From the NCBI RefSeq assembly GCF_009914755.1, contig NC_060946.1: a DNA stretch of 64,000 nt. One strand, 5' to 3'. Below are positions 45,697 through 62,547 of this stretch, piece after piece. Numbering within the stretch: position 1 is the first letter of the stretch; every line of letters starts with the position of its first letter. Made by a program: the position numbers and the translations under genes. This stretch comes from the human T2T-CHM13v2.0 reference genome, Homo sapiens. The notes beneath the pieces were generated by a model. The model was not told where the DNA came from. It did no database searches and worked only from the letters and a program-made list of their open reading frames with translations.

Positions 45697-45860
45697 TGGA
45701 TGGATGAAAGGGTGGACGGATGGTGGGTGGACGGATGGAAGGGTAGATGGACAGTGGGTGGACATACGGAAGGGTGGATGGACGGGTAGATGGATGGACA
45801 GTGGTTGTATGGATGGATGGGTGGATGGGTGGATGGGTGGATGGACGGTGCGTGGGTAGA
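45697..45860. repeat. (TGGA)n simple repeat
   Basis: tggatggatg/tggacgga array. Confidence 0.92.
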
Positions 45861-47165
45861 ATCAATTCCACCTTCCTGCAGAAGACTCTCCTGCCTCATG
45901 TTCCATCTCAGGGGGATGCTCAGGATTCCAGGGGCTGAAAATATTCCAGGTTGCAGGGGCTGCACACCACACTCCCCACCCCAGCCCAAGGCCATGAACA
46001 TGGCAGGGAAGACAGAAGCCTGTGGCTGGGGAACCTTTGGTGACACTGTGGAGGCCCCTGCTAGCTCAGCCACCTGCCACAGAAGGATGGAGGGTAGCAG
46101 GGCCTCTGGTGACTCTGCAGGACCTGGAAACGGGGCACGGGATAGAGGCTGGCCAAGCAGATGCTCCGTTTAAGGGGGCTGCGGCCAATTGGCATCACTG
46201 AAGCCCAATGACAATGCCACCAGGAGGTCCTGTTATTCATCCCCTGTTAAACGTGAGAAAACCAAGGCACACTGGAGTTAAGCAAGTGGTCCAAGATCAC
46301 GCACTGCGTGGGTGGCAGAGCCCTTCCCCATGAGAAGCCTGGCCTTGCAGGCTGAGCTGTCCCAGTCCCCAGGCAAGATCCCCGCCCCCACCCTTGGCCC
46401 TGCTATTCTCAGTGCTTCTGGAAGGGCTGCCTCCAGTCTGTGTGTTGCCATTCTGAGCACCTACTCGGCATCAAGCATTCTGTTCACGTTCATGATCTCA
46501 TTTAAAATGATCTCGCAAGGCAGGGCTCTGCTGCCTTTGTTTTTAAGCAGACCGACGCATGGGCAGGTGACTGACAGCCATGGATGCTAACTTAGGAAGT
46601 GCCCGCTGGGCCTTAAATCCTGGCCAGCGCCAGGGCCCAGCCCCCTGCCCTATAGAACCTCTCAGCCACGCAGCTCCCATGAATGGCCTGGCAGAGGGAA
46701 GGGCTCTGGGCCCTCCAGGTGTGCTGGGTGCATCTCCTGGGACAGGCTGGGCCCAGAGCACTCACCGCAGCCCCGCTCGGCAGCACAGGCACCAAATTCT
46801 GCCTCTCTGTCATGTCACACCTTCCACGCGGACCCTGTGGGGACCAGAGTGTGAATTCTGCTTTCGTACCTGCTCTTGCCACTGCCATCCATGAAAGGCC
46901 TGAGGATAGGGGTCAGGTGGAGTCTGGGTCTCCAAGCACAGGGCTGATGACCAGGGTGTGGTCCTGGCTCCCGGAAGCTCAGATATGTTTCAGTTTGTCA
47001 CTTCGGCTCTGCTTGGTGTGCTTCCTTTTCTTTTTTACTTATCCAGATACGACTTACAAACAGCGATGTGCGCAGGTCTTAAGGGTACAGCTGGAGGAAC
47101 TCCTCCTGCATCCACACCCAGACAATGACCGCTGAGTTCAGGATCCAGAGCACAGGGCGCCAGAG

Positions 47166-47224
47166 CCTCCTCCCCGCTGTTGTCCCTCCTCCCCGCTGTT
47201 GTCCCTCCTCCCCACTGCTGTCCC
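47166..47224. repeat. 19-bp tandem repeat, ~3 copies
   Basis: cctcctccccgctgttgtc twice plus a degenerate third copy. Confidence 0.85.
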
Positions 47225-47593
47225 GTTCGGACGTGATGCTGCCTGTTTTGTACCTTACATCAGTGGTCTCCAACCTTTTTGGCACAGAGACCAGCTCCGT
47301 GGAAGATGGTTTTTCCACGGACCTGGGAGGGAGATGGTTTTGGGATGATTCAAGCACATTACATTTATTGTGTAGTTTATTTCTGTTATTATTACATTGT
47401 AATAGATAATGAAATAATTACACGACTCACCATAACATAGCATAAGTGGGAAATCTGAGCTTGTTTTCCTGCAACTAGACAGTCCCATCTGCGGGTGGGT
47501 GATGGGGACAGTGACACCCTAAATGTGTTGCTTATGTCCAGTCTACTCCATCATCTCGTTTTGGTTGCTGTCACTGCAGAAAACTCTGCTTCA

Positions 47594-47966
<373 letters not shown>

Positions 47967-48213
47967 TCACGTGGCAATCTCAGGATATTCCACTTTGACT
48001 TTTATCCAGAACATATGGAGATTTGAAGTTGTCTCAAACACACTTTTAGGGCCACTGTCATTTGCAGTCTCAAGCAGTTGATCCTCTTCTAGCACAGACA
48101 AAGGTGATTCGCGTGGCTTATCCACAAATGGGTCACAGATCCATTCCTTCCCAGTTTGGGGTTCTTTGGTGGTTGGGAAGTAACGCTCAAGCTCTTTTGA
48201 AAGCTGAGGTAGG

Positions 48214-48525
<312 letters not shown>

Positions 48526-50711
48526 GAGAGCTGAGGTAGGTGATCATGCACCAGCTGGAAGAGGGAAGGCCCTGGCTCTATCTCTTTCAAAATCTCTGCT
48601 AATGTTTGAAACATGTCAAAAATCCCAGTGTTCCCTCGTCACCCCCATAATTCCAATTTGGCTTTGAATGCAGCCACTTTATCTGCCGACTTGAACACAG
48701 TTGTCATTCTTCCCTGAAGTGACAGATTGAGTTTGTTGAGCAGGTTGAATACGTCGCACAAGTCAGCAAGTTTTGCGACTCATCCTATGTCACTGAAATA
48801 TGCTGCCAGTGGGGACTATTTTTCTAAAAGAAATCTCTGGAGCAGCTCTCATAACTCAGAAACTCTGGCCAGTGATCTACCTTTGGAAAGCATCTCACTT
48901 CTGTGTATCAGAGAAGACGTGTGTGTACCGCGTCCATCTCCTCACAGAGCCGCGAGAACAGACCTCGTGAGTTAAAGGCATGCACTTTGCTGTGGCTGAT
49001 CATTTCAATCACATCCTGCAAAACGTTCTTAAGTTCAGGTGATTTTTTCGGCACCGCTGCAAGAACAGATGTGAGTTAAAGCCCATGTACTTTAACGTGA
49101 CTGATCATTTTAATCACAGCTTCCAAAACGCTGTTAAGTTCAGGCGACATTTTTTGGCTGGCCGGCATTTCTCCATGGATGACACAGCGTGTGGACTCAC
49201 ATTCAGAAGTGACCTCTTTGACCTGAGTAATGAAACCAGAAAGCCGTCCAGCCATGGCAGTCTCTCCGTCCATGCACAGACCAACATAAAGTGATCAATT
49301 CACCTTTCCTGATATGTAATCAAAGACGTGAATACCAGCTGTGGTGTGGGTTGGCAACAGAAGCACACATAACACATCCTCATGCACATCCTCCTGAACA
49401 TATATGCACAAAAACAAGCATTGTTGCCTTGTTTTCAACATCGGTAGACTCGTCAACCCTGGGTTGCGTACCGCAGTGACTCATTAATCCCCTCTAACAA
49501 TTGTGCCTCAATACCCTCTGTCGTTTCATCAATTCATCTAGTTATGGTGCTAGCCAAAAGAGGAATACGTGCTACCCTTTCAACTGCAGTCTCTCTCAAA
49601 AGTTCACGACAGATGTCCTTAGCAGCAGCAGGCAGGATCAACTCCACCAACGGTAAAGGGATTCCTAGCTTTAGCAATGCGGTTAGACACTAAGAGTGAC
49701 GCTCTCAGTGCAGACACAGTCAACTAAGTGGTGGCCTTCAATCATTGCTTCTGTTCTTCGTGTTCGTGTTTTTTTTTTTCTTTTGAAAAACTCTAAAGGT
49801 TTGTCTTTTAATGCAAGGTGCTTGGTCTCCATGTGGCGAAGCGGTTTTGAAGGTTTTACGGCTTCACTGGATAGCCAGTGGTCACATATTATGCAAAGAG
49901 GGCTTGGGGAATATGAATCACTTGTTGCAATGAATCCATAATTGAAGCAGGGCTCTTGCTGTTTCCTTTTAAATGCAACTTTCTTTGAGTCTTCTGCTGT
50001 TTCACCATTGGGCCTTTCCCCCTTTTCAAAGAAGCTCTCCAGAGACGCTTGATTTTTTTCTTACTCATTCTGGCTAGGGTTAGCCGGTGGACTTACCCAA
50101 ACTGTGACTGAGACACGTGCTGAGTGTGGGAAAGAGGCATGGACAGAAGTGGTAAGTAACATCACAGGCGGGCCACACGCAGCCTAAAATAAGCATCAGG
50201 TTCTGACGTAAAGCCTGCCGCCAGACGCAGCGGTACAACTGAAGTACATCAACTCACTTGCCACTATAAAGCCTGCCACCAGATGCAGCTTAAGCACCCG
50301 CCACTCACAGATATGGTTTTGATATGAGTCTGCAAGCAACTGACTTACTATGGTCTCTGTGCAGTCAAACCTCTCTGCTAATGCTTATCTGTATTTGCAG
50401 CCGTGCTCCAGTGCCAGCATCACCGCCTCAGCTCCACCGCAGATCATCGGGCATTAGATTCTCATAAGGAGTGCACAGCCTAGATCCCTTGCATGCAGAG
50501 TTCACAATAGGGTTCGTGTTCCTATGAAAATCGAATGCTGCTGCTAATCTGACAGGAGGCGGAACTCGGGGTAATGCGAGCAATGGGGAGCGGCTGTAAA
50601 TACAGATGAAGCTTTGCTCACTCACCCACTCCTCACCTCCTGCTGTGAGCCCCAGTTCCTAACAGGCCACAGACCAGTACCAGTCCATGGCCCGGGAGAT
50701 GGGAATCCCTG

Positions 50712-51040
50712 CTTTACATAAAAGGGATCACACAGTTTGCACTCTTTGGGTCTTGATGCATTTGCCCAACATTAACACCTGTGAGATGCATGAAAGCTGT
50801 TGTAGCCAGATGTCCTTTTTCATTGCTGCATAGTATTCCCCTCTGTGAATGGACCACAATCTACATCTCCAGTGTACTGCTGACTGGCATTTGGGTTGTT
50901 TCCAGTTTGGATTATCATAAAGAATGGCTAATGCTGAACACCTTTTTTTTGGTGAGTCAGGCACTCATTTTTTTGGGTCTGCACCCAGGAGTGGAACTCC
51001 TAGATCATGGGATAGGTGCAGGTTTAGCTTTAGTGGACTG
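50712..51040 (-). mobile_element. Old L1M 3' fragment; probably continues at ~47040-47260 on the other side of Charlie3
   Basis: ttcattgctgcatagtattcc...ggcatttgggttgtttccagtttgg...aggagtggaactcctagatcatgg. Confidence 0.75.
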
Positions 51041-51253
51041 TTAGCTTTGTGCATTTCCCATCTCACTTTTCCTTGCCTTTTGTCCTTTATTACCTCAAAT
51101 TTCTTTTGGAAAGAGGTGGTGAACAAGAGTGAAATAAAGATTCCGAGTAACAGTGGTTATGATGAAATGATTCCATGATTCTCAGATCTGTGGTTAAACT
51201 TCTCTGTGATGGTGCTCACTGCGTGTTATGTATACAATTAAGAAAACAGAACT

Positions 51254-51592
<339 letters not shown>

Positions 51593-54558
51593 TCACTGTG
51601 GCATGTTTCCACAACAAAATGGCATATGCTCATTGAAAACAGTTTTGACATGGGAAAAGGTTCCCGTCTATCCTGGGGGTGGAGGGAGCACAGGGAGGCA
51701 GAACCGAAGAAAAAGTCAAGTTCCAAGTGGACTGAACGATGCCCAGCATTTTTGGGCTTTCAACTGATGGGAATTACATCTAATCACTAACGGTGACTGC
51801 CTCTCATGGAGAATATGATAAATTTCTGTTTTTCTATTACTTTATCCTTTACGATACTTTCCACATCTCCTATGATGAATATGTTTACAGTTGAAAAAGA
51901 GAAGAGTATAAGAGTCTGATTCCAAGATTCTATCATTTTTGAAGAGCTATAATTATGAGCCTCCTCTAAATAACCCCAGAGGTTCAGAGACCCTGGCAGC
52001 CCTCAGTGACGTGAATGGGGTGCTAGGCGCAGATTCTCAGTGACAGAGAGCTCTCAGGACAAAAGGCAGGATTCAGCCCCTGTGTCGGGCACCCTCCTAG
52101 CCCTCGGTTGCCCTCGGGACTGCTGAGCCCTGTGTGCTGGGCTGCCCTGTGCCCTGCTGACCTAGCTCCTCCCCATTCCGCAGACCCCTGGGTCTCTTCT
52201 ATAGCAGCCAGGGGGACAGAAGTGGGCTGGGGTGGGCCAGGCATCAGGATCCCAACTGCTACGATGGCTTCAGTCCTGAGCAGCCCCTTCCTCTCTCTGA
52301 GGCCCAGGGTGCCCATGAACACTGAGCCAGAAGGAGAAGGTCCCCACAGGACTCTTCTCTCGGACACTGAGGCCCGCAGCTGGGGCAGAAATGGCTCTCA
52401 CAGGTCTGACTCCCAAGCCCTGGGCAGGATGCACTAGCGAGTTGGGGTACAATTTCCCAGTTTGTTTTAAGCAGAAACTCAACCCATTTGACGCATCACA
52501 CTGGAAATTAGAACTCACAGCAATTCCTGTCTTTGAAGCTCCCGTGAGTGCCCCTCCCTACCCCTCCCTGCAAGTCTTATGCAAACCAACCAGCCACAGG
52601 TTCCATCGGGCTTTTGTGGTGTGATCACCGCTAATTTTCCACGTTCCCTTTCGTTTTATTTTTCCTGCTCTAATTTATTAATTAGCTTCTCTGCTTGCAA
52701 CACCATCTCTGCTTGCAGCCCCAGAGTGGATCTTTCAACGCTGTGAACTCCTCTAAATGTTTTCTCTGCTAATGTGTCTCAGTGGGGGACTGGAGAGGGA
52801 GCTTCCTGCTAAAATGGAGATTCCCCAGGGGAGGCCCCAGCCCTCCTTCCTGAGACCTGCAGCTTCCAGGTGTGTGGGTGAGCAGAATTTTGAAGAATGC
52901 ATTGGACTTTGTCAGACCCAAATGCACCCATTAGTATCACAAGCAAGCATGGCTTATAAAATAATACCTAACATCTTATGGATTTTTAGGCACTAAATAC
53001 TATTTTAAGCATTAATTAATCCTCAAAACAACTCTATGTAAAGGCATGATCATGCCCATCCAACAGCTGTGCCAACTGAGGCACAGAACAGTGAAGCAAC
53101 TTGCCCAAGCCCACCCCGCCAGGAGAGGTGAAGCCAGGCTCGGCCCTGAAAGGCAGCTCAGCGTGCCCTTGGCCTGAACCACCACCCCACCGGGCTCTTC
53201 CTAAGGAGCCTCTCCCGGCTCAGAGCAGACCCCCAGTGGGGTGTGGCCCACCGTGATTCCTCTGGCCCTGAGAGGATCCAGGTTTACGGGGAAGGAAAGC
53301 TACCAGCTGATGCAGCTACAGGAAATAGCACTGCTAAGGTCCTTTTCTTATTAATGCATTGTACGTTTCGTTTCTTTCTTGTTGTTAAAAAAAAAATCCC
53401 CTTGGAAAATACTTTTGCAAGCACCCAGTGCTTATCTGGTACTTTCCAGCCTTCTGAAAGAATCTGTGGTTACTGGGACACATCACTCCCTCCCTCTTTG
53501 GGGACCCAGCGCAGGACACGCAGGCTGCCCTTCCTCCAGGCCCTCTCACGCTCAGGGATCTTGGATCTGGATCTTGCCAGATTCCTCTCTCCCTACCTGG
53601 TGCCCAATGCCACATCTGAGGAATTCATTCCATAAACAGCTACAGTGAATGAAGAAACAGCCGGCTCTGATGGTCCAGCTGCTCCACCCTAGCAGCTGGA
53701 CCCGGCACTAGCCGAGCCAGCGTGTGCAACACACAAAGCGTTTCTGCATGAAGCCCTGTCTGCATTTTACCATCTTCCATCCCATTTTACCTGCTTCTCT
53801 AAATAAAACCATCTGGCCTCTCTTGAGCAATTCAGGTCTACAGATTCACCAAGCAGTAATTATTCACATCACAAAACCATCCTTTAACCAAAGGCACCAA
53901 CATCCATCTCTAGGCACCGAGCGTATTGTGTTTGTAGAGACCGGGCTTGATGCACCTGAGTCCTTCCCACCCCACACTCCCAGGAATTTAACCGAGGAGT
54001 GGTCTGGCCCCGCTGGAAGACAGGCTCTGGGCAGGCCTCCGAAGTCGGGCTTTGAAGGAAGAGGCAAATCTTGCCAGGTGGCACAGAGGACAGTCCTCCA
54101 GGGAGAAGGAATGGGACAGAGAAGGCAGGACGGGTGATGTTGGGAGCAGGCGGGGACAACAGGACCTCGGGGTGGCAGGCGGGGTGGAGCTTCCAGCCCA
54201 GAAGCCATGATCAAGCAAAGCCCAGAGCAACCACACTAGGGATCACTGTCCAGCGGTGCAGCTGCGTCCAGCCTGAGGGGGCAGAGGGTGGGAATGGCCG
54301 GTTAAGAAGAAGTCAGCGGTCATGCTGTGTCTCCCAGAGTCCTGGCCTCGGAGGAGGCTCCACAGCAACACCACCAGCCCCACTTGCAGACAAGAGCCAG
54401 CACAGCGCCTGGGAGGAGCACACAGCACCACTCCACAGCTGTGTGACCTTGGAAAGCCCCCTGAGCCTCTCTGGGCTTCAGCCTCCTCATCTGGGTAAAC
54501 ACCACCTGTGCTCACAGGGGTGTTGTGACCTCAAAGTGAGAAGATGCACTCACGGTCC

Positions 54559-55054
54559 TGTGACGGTTAATTTCACACGGCAGCCTGACCTGGCTAAGGG
54601 GTGCCACACAGCTGGTAAGTATGCTTTCTGGGTGTGTCTGTGAGGGCGTTTCTGGAAGAGATCAGCATATGGGTAGGTAGACCCAGCAAAGAGAATCCGC
54701 GCCACCAATTCGGGTGGGCATCCACCAATCCACTGAGGGCCCAGATAGAACAAAAAGGCGGGGAAGGGTGGCTTCTCTCTTCCTGAGCGGGGAGATCCTC
54801 CTTCTCCTGCTCTCAGGCCTCAGAGCTCCTGGTCCCCAGGCCTTCAGACTCTGGGACTTACCCACCAGACCCTCAGGCCTTAGATTTGGACTGAATGACA
54901 GCACCGGCGTTCCAGAGTCTCCAGTTTCCAGGTGGTGGATCACGGGACTTCTCAGCCTCCACCATTGCAGGAGCTGGTTCCCCAGATCAATCCCCGTATG
55001 CATCCCCATCTGTATCCCATTGGTTCTGCTCTCTGGCGAGCCCTGACTGATGTG
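54559..55054 (+). mobile_element. MLT2-type (ERVL) solo LTR
   Basis: tgtgacggttaattt...tctgggtgtgtctgtgagggcgtttctggaagagat...cccattggttctgctctctggcgagccctgact; TSD ggtcc / ggtgc. Confidence 0.85.
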
Positions 55055-57096
55055 GGTGCTTAGAATTGAGTCGGGCCATGGTCAGCGCTCAAAGACGCTT
55101 CCGTCATATTACAGATGAGGAGAGTGGTGAGGCTGAGGGCACGCACTTCCCTGGCAGTTCTATATGAGCCCTGGCCCACGACAGGGAGGCACGGTGCTTT
55201 GTCCTGGGCACAGCGATGAACAACACAACTGTCTCCTCCCACCCCACAACGTCCAGCCATCAGCCCGCGAGGAAGGGGACTGAGCCCTCCAGCTTGACGA
55301 CACAGCGGTGGGAGCACAGGGGAGATGCTCTGTGTGCTCTGCACAAGCAACGTCCCACCAGGCTGGACTCAATGGGTTGGAGATACAGGGGAACCAAGGG
55401 AGGAGGCTCCCTGGGGAGGGGGATTTTGCCTGGGGGAGAAGCTGAGCAGGAAGAGGAAGGCTATTTGGAGAGCCGCCCCAATGCTAGGGCACCCAGTCTA
55501 TGAGGCAGAGGCCCAACCCAGGGGCCCGAGAATCAGTACTTTCTTACCCTGACGAGTGTATCTTTTCCTCATTACTCAACACTTAACGGGGTGACAGCCT
55601 GGATTAAACAGTAAGTCATCTGCAGCCCCATTAGGGCCCCAGCAAGATGGCTCCAAATTAAATCTAACAGTCAATGAAATCGTCAATATTTAATTTACTC
55701 ATTGCAGGTGGCAATTTAGCCCTTGTGACAATATCGTTTAATGGCAGAAATACTGGGATTTATCACACATTATGGGACTGCAGAGCTGCCGAGCTTCCTT
55801 CACGAGGCGGCTGCTGCCCAGGGAGACCTCGAGGGACCCTCCACAAGCGACCCCAGGAGGTCTGAAGCCCAAGGCCAGTGGGACCATGAGGCCTGACCAC
55901 CGGAAAGGCCCAGGGGACCTCTTGCTGGGCCCACCCAAGGCAGTGCTTTCTGTTTCTGGAATCCACTTTGGAAACAGAAAACTTGGGCTAAGGGACAGAG
56001 GCCCCTCCACGCGGTGGGCTCTCCCTCCTCCTCCGACCTCCCTCCCTTCTCATCAAAGCTGTACCCCAGATGCTCAGGGCTGGGCCTGCAGCATTCAGGA
56101 GCCAACCGAGTGAAGAGAGACAATGGCCACATCCACTCACCAACCACAGGGAAAGAGGAGGCAGCCGTCACGCCTCAGTCCTGGGCTCCATCCTCGTCCC
56201 AGCCCTCCTGCTGGTGGTGGGAGCTGTACCCAGAGGTCACTGCCCACACGGCAGTCCAATGGCCACCTCCACCTCAGCACCGCCCCCTCCCTCCTCCCTC
56301 TGAGCTCACAGCTGCCTCGTCCTGCGCATTCTTCTGTACCTGTGGCCTCCCTGGCTGTGGACCCACAGCCTCTGCAGGGGACTGCAGTCTCTGAAAGCCA
56401 GGCTGAGAACACAGTTGCACAGTGCTCACCCAGCCTCAGAGGGTCAGGCACCGGACGGTGCACTTTACAACAATTAGCTCTTCTGGAAAAAGTTGTTTCG
56501 GTTTTTTCCCTGATCCTTTGCATGAAAAACCCTCTGAAGGTACAAAGCAAATTCCTGAACTGACTGTAGAAGGAGTGAGAGAGACCTGGGCTGCCGCACA
56601 GGGCTGGCGTGCGGGCCCCTCACAGCCTTCCTCTGGGGCTTGCCACTGTCCGTCCTCATGCTGCCTCCAGAGGGAGTTCTCAAATCCATTTTATGTGTAT
56701 TTAAATAACGTATGCACAGAATCAATAGTCAGCCCTCTCTTTCTTCTACCGCTGCTTTTTTTCTCCTGCCTTGAGTTCCCATTTGTTTGGCGTTCTGGGT
56801 TCCTCCTGCTAATTTTTCCTAAGTTCCCTGATAGAATTATAAAACCCTTTCCTGTGCAAACACACCAGGCATCAGTTCCCTGTTGCTAACCTAAATAGGT
56901 TTCTCTCCAGGCTGCTGGGGCCCCCTCTCCTGAATTTAGATCTGCTGTTTTTCTGGGCTTAATTCCTTTATTTCAGTAGAATGCCTCACCCAGTATCTTT
57001 CTGAGAAAGGCGACGCATGAAATAAGCATTCTAAACCCGTTCAGGCCTTGTGTGTCTAAAAGCAGAACTCTAGCTGGACCTGATCACCACTGGACA

Positions 57097-57410
<314 letters not shown>

Positions 57411-57787
57411 TGAGTGCACGACTCTGCTGGCTTCTGGCATCCGGGCCTGCTGCCTCCCTGACTCTCTCCCTACACAGTGAGGGTCTAGTCGGGGTCTGCT
57501 GAAACCCTGTGCTCTGGAATTTCATGGTGTGCACTGCAGTGTGGACCTTTTCCTGTTAGTTGTGCTGAGAACTCCGAGAGCTTTCTCAACCCGGAGGCCT
57601 GTGTCCTTCGATTAGGAATGTGCACATTGCATCCATATGGTTCTCTCTGCCAATACCCCTGTTTTATCTGAAACTCCTTAGTTAGAGATTTTCCAATTTT
57701 CTCAACTTCTCTCACCTAGTCCCATTCCATTAGCGTCCTATTCTACTCTTTGAGAGATCTCCTCAGCTTCATCTTCCAGCCTTCCTT

Positions 57788-58145
<358 letters not shown>

Positions 58146-60151
58146 TCATTTAACTGCGCAATCTACATTTCCAATGTCTCCTGCTGGTTCCATGGCCGGC
58201 CCCGCTGGAGCGCCTGTTCTGATTCAGATGGTGTACTGCCTGATTTCTCGGAGGATGAGACAGTTTTGGAAGCCTTCTTCTGCTTCCTGCATGGCCTCCT
58301 CTCCCTCTCAGATCCGGTTTCTGTTTTGGTCTCTTCCTTGTTGGAAGCTCCCCTGGCATGTCCTCAGACTGCTGATGATCTGCTCCCATCTCAGGACGAG
58401 GCTCGCATGCCTTCTGGAGGGCCTGGTGTGTTGGTGATGCTGAATAACAAATGTCTTCTAGAGAATGATGACATTTTGCCCCGACCCATCTTCTCATACT
58501 CTCCACTTTGTGCTTCACGCCTTAACTACGGGACTTATCACATTTCTGGGCCTCTTTGTGCCTTGCTCTTGTGTGGGCCTTTGCTCCTGCTGTCTGTCCC
58601 CTGCCTGGGTCCTTCCTCCTCCTTTCTAACTGGTCCAAGTGGACAGTAGACACCAGTTCTAGCCAAGTGCTCTCTCAAGGCCCCAAGAAAAGTGTTTGTG
58701 CTCAGCAGGTTTCATTCACACCTGGCTGCCCCGGCTCTGACCTGGAGACCAGTCTGTCTCTGCTCCTACCACGGAGAGGAAGCCAGTGATGGGGAAGACT
58801 GGCAGGTCATTCAAGATGCACCCAGGTGGTCCCGGTGCTGCAGAGGATGTCTGAGCTGGGCACAGCAGAAGCATCAATGAGAGGGAGCCAGTGCTACCCA
58901 CGGGAAAAGTCTTCATGGAGGAGCTGATCACTGAAAACAGTAAAGAGATGACCACCAGGGGAACAGGAGGGAAGATATCCCAGGAGATGAAATGGCTTCA
59001 GTTGAGACCAGAGTTATGAAAGAAGCCCAGGAGTTCAGGAGATGCAAGCACAGGACCCAACCAGAGCAACAGCAAGGGCAGGGGCTGAGCCAAACGTGAG
59101 GCAGCAAAAGTAAGCCTGGCCAGCTTGTGAGAAGTCAGGGCAGCGCCTCCAGGAAGCGCTCTGAGCAGGGCCAGTCTGCACCCCAGAGAGCGGGCCCTCC
59201 GCTGTGTGACCTCAGCACCGGACGTGTCTCTAGTCCTGCAACCCTCTCTAATGGCTGAAACCTGAGCATTCCTCACTGCACACGAAATGCTTCACACAAG
59301 GCCTGGCACCCAGTAGATGCTAAGTAAACATCCGCCTGAAAAGACAACCATCCCAGGAAACCCCTGGACGCTGAGGCCTCCACAAGCCACGGGACCCAAG
59401 GCTGGATCCATTTTTCCATTTCCTGCTGATCTTCAGTTGTCTTGGCTCTGCAGAGACGCCCCCTTCCCTCCACAGCTACCTGAGTTCGGTGTCAGATGAC
59501 ATCAAGACAATTATCTCTTTTTTCCTTCACTGCCCGAAAAATGAGAAAATTCTGGGTCGACACTGCAGTCCGGCAGCACCAGGCAAAGCCCCCCACTCCT
59601 GTCCCTCAACGACTATGGTCACCTGCTCCCCAGGTCGTCGCCCAACCCTCCACTGGCTGGAAGTCACTGCTGTCTGCACCCATATTAAGGGGCCATGGGT
59701 GACCTGGGCTGCTGGTTCTTCCCATGTCTGTCTTCCCCAAGAGCTGTGTGATAGTCACTGTGTCAACTGGACTGGACCATGGGGTACACAGACATCTGGG
59801 CAAGCATTACTTTGGTGTGTCTGTGAGGATGTTTCTGGATGAGACTCACATCTGAATTAGTGGCCTGAGTAAAGCAGGTGGCCCTCACCAGTGAATGAGG
59901 GTCTCATCCAACCAGCCGGAGGCCTGAACAGAGCAAACTGTCTCAGTAAGAGAAGTCCTGCTGTCTGCCTGCACTCAGCCTGGACACCAGGGTTTTCTTG
60001 CCTTTGGAGGCAAACTGATGCATCAGCCTTTCTCAGGTCTCCAGCCTCCTTTTGGACTGGAACTTACAGCATCGACTCTTCAGGGTCTCCAGCTTGCCCA
60101 CTGCAGATCCTGGGACTTGAGGATCTGTCCCTTCAAAATCACGTGAGTTGA

Positions 60152-60451
<300 letters not shown>

Positions 60452-60455
60452 CTGA

Positions 60456-61465
<1,010 letters not shown>

Positions 61466-61483
61466 TAACTTTTTAATGATCTG

Positions 61484-61826
61484 TAGATGTGCCTCAACTT
61501 ACGATGAAGTTACATCCCAATAAAGTCACTGTAAGTTGAAAATATCCTAAGTTGAAAATACATTTAACACACCTGGCCTGCTGAACATCATAGCCTAGCC
61601 CAGCCTAACTTAGTGTGCTCAGAACACCTAACATTGGCACGGCTGATGGGAGCTGCAGCTCACAGCTGCTACCTAGCATTGCAAGTGAGTATCACATGGA
61701 ATAGTGCTAGCCTGGGAAAAGATCAAAATTCGAAGTATGTTTTCTACTGAACGTGTATTGCTTTTGCACCATGATAGAGTCACAAAAGCGTAGTAAGTGA
61801 AACCATCATCAGTCAGGGACCATCTG
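61484..61826 (+). mobile_element. MER47B-like (TcMar-Tigger) element
   Basis: agatgtgcctcaacttacgatg...gggaaaagatcaaaattcgaagtatg...agtcagggaccatctg, then TA. Confidence 0.8.
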
Positions 61827-62409
61827 TACACCACACATCCTACTGGCTGTATTTCTCTGGGGAACTCTGACAAATACAAGCTGGGTCCCATATAACCCAG
61901 CGTCTTGCTCAGAGGGAACACCAGGTACTATATGGACACATGCCTGGATGAAGAGCTGCCTGCAGGTGCCTCACGGAACGGTGGGGGATGGAGGCTGGGG
62001 CAGGGTGGGGGCGTGCTTTACTTGCGATGTGGCCAGAAGACTCAGCCCCGATGCATTTAGAGGCCCTACAAGAACACCTCATAGCACCAGGAATAGAGCC
62101 ACGCAGTACAGTTTTCTCTTCCAAGCACCATGATGATAAAACAAATCATGACTCGTTCTACCTTTGCATTACTTCATGGTTTGCAAGGTACTGGCTCATC
62201 CGGTTCTTTCAACAACCCTGGGCAGACATTGCCATCTGGAAATGAGGAAGCTGAGCTCTCTGGGGGCACAGGGGCTGCCCCCCAGATCCCTCCTCGTAAC
62301 AGAATCAAGATCTCAGCTTCTCACAAGGACACTCTGCAGCTGTGACATGGACTCCCTGCTCTCCCTTCTGGGAACAGAGGGGAAACCTCATGGTAGGCCT
62401 GGCCTGGCA

Positions 62410-62547
62410 GCCACGCTCACATCACTGCAGCAGCCCCGAGGGCAAGACAGCACACTGGTGACGGAGGGCGACCCGCCACGCTCACACCACTGCAGCGGCC
62501 CCGAGCGCAAGACAGCACACTGGTTAGGGAGGATGACCCACCATGCT
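62410..62547. repeat. Tandem duplication, ~2.1 x 65 bp
   Basis: gccacgctcaca(t/c)cactgcagc(a/g)gccccgag(g/c)gcaagacagcacactggt at 62410 and 62475. Confidence 0.9.
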
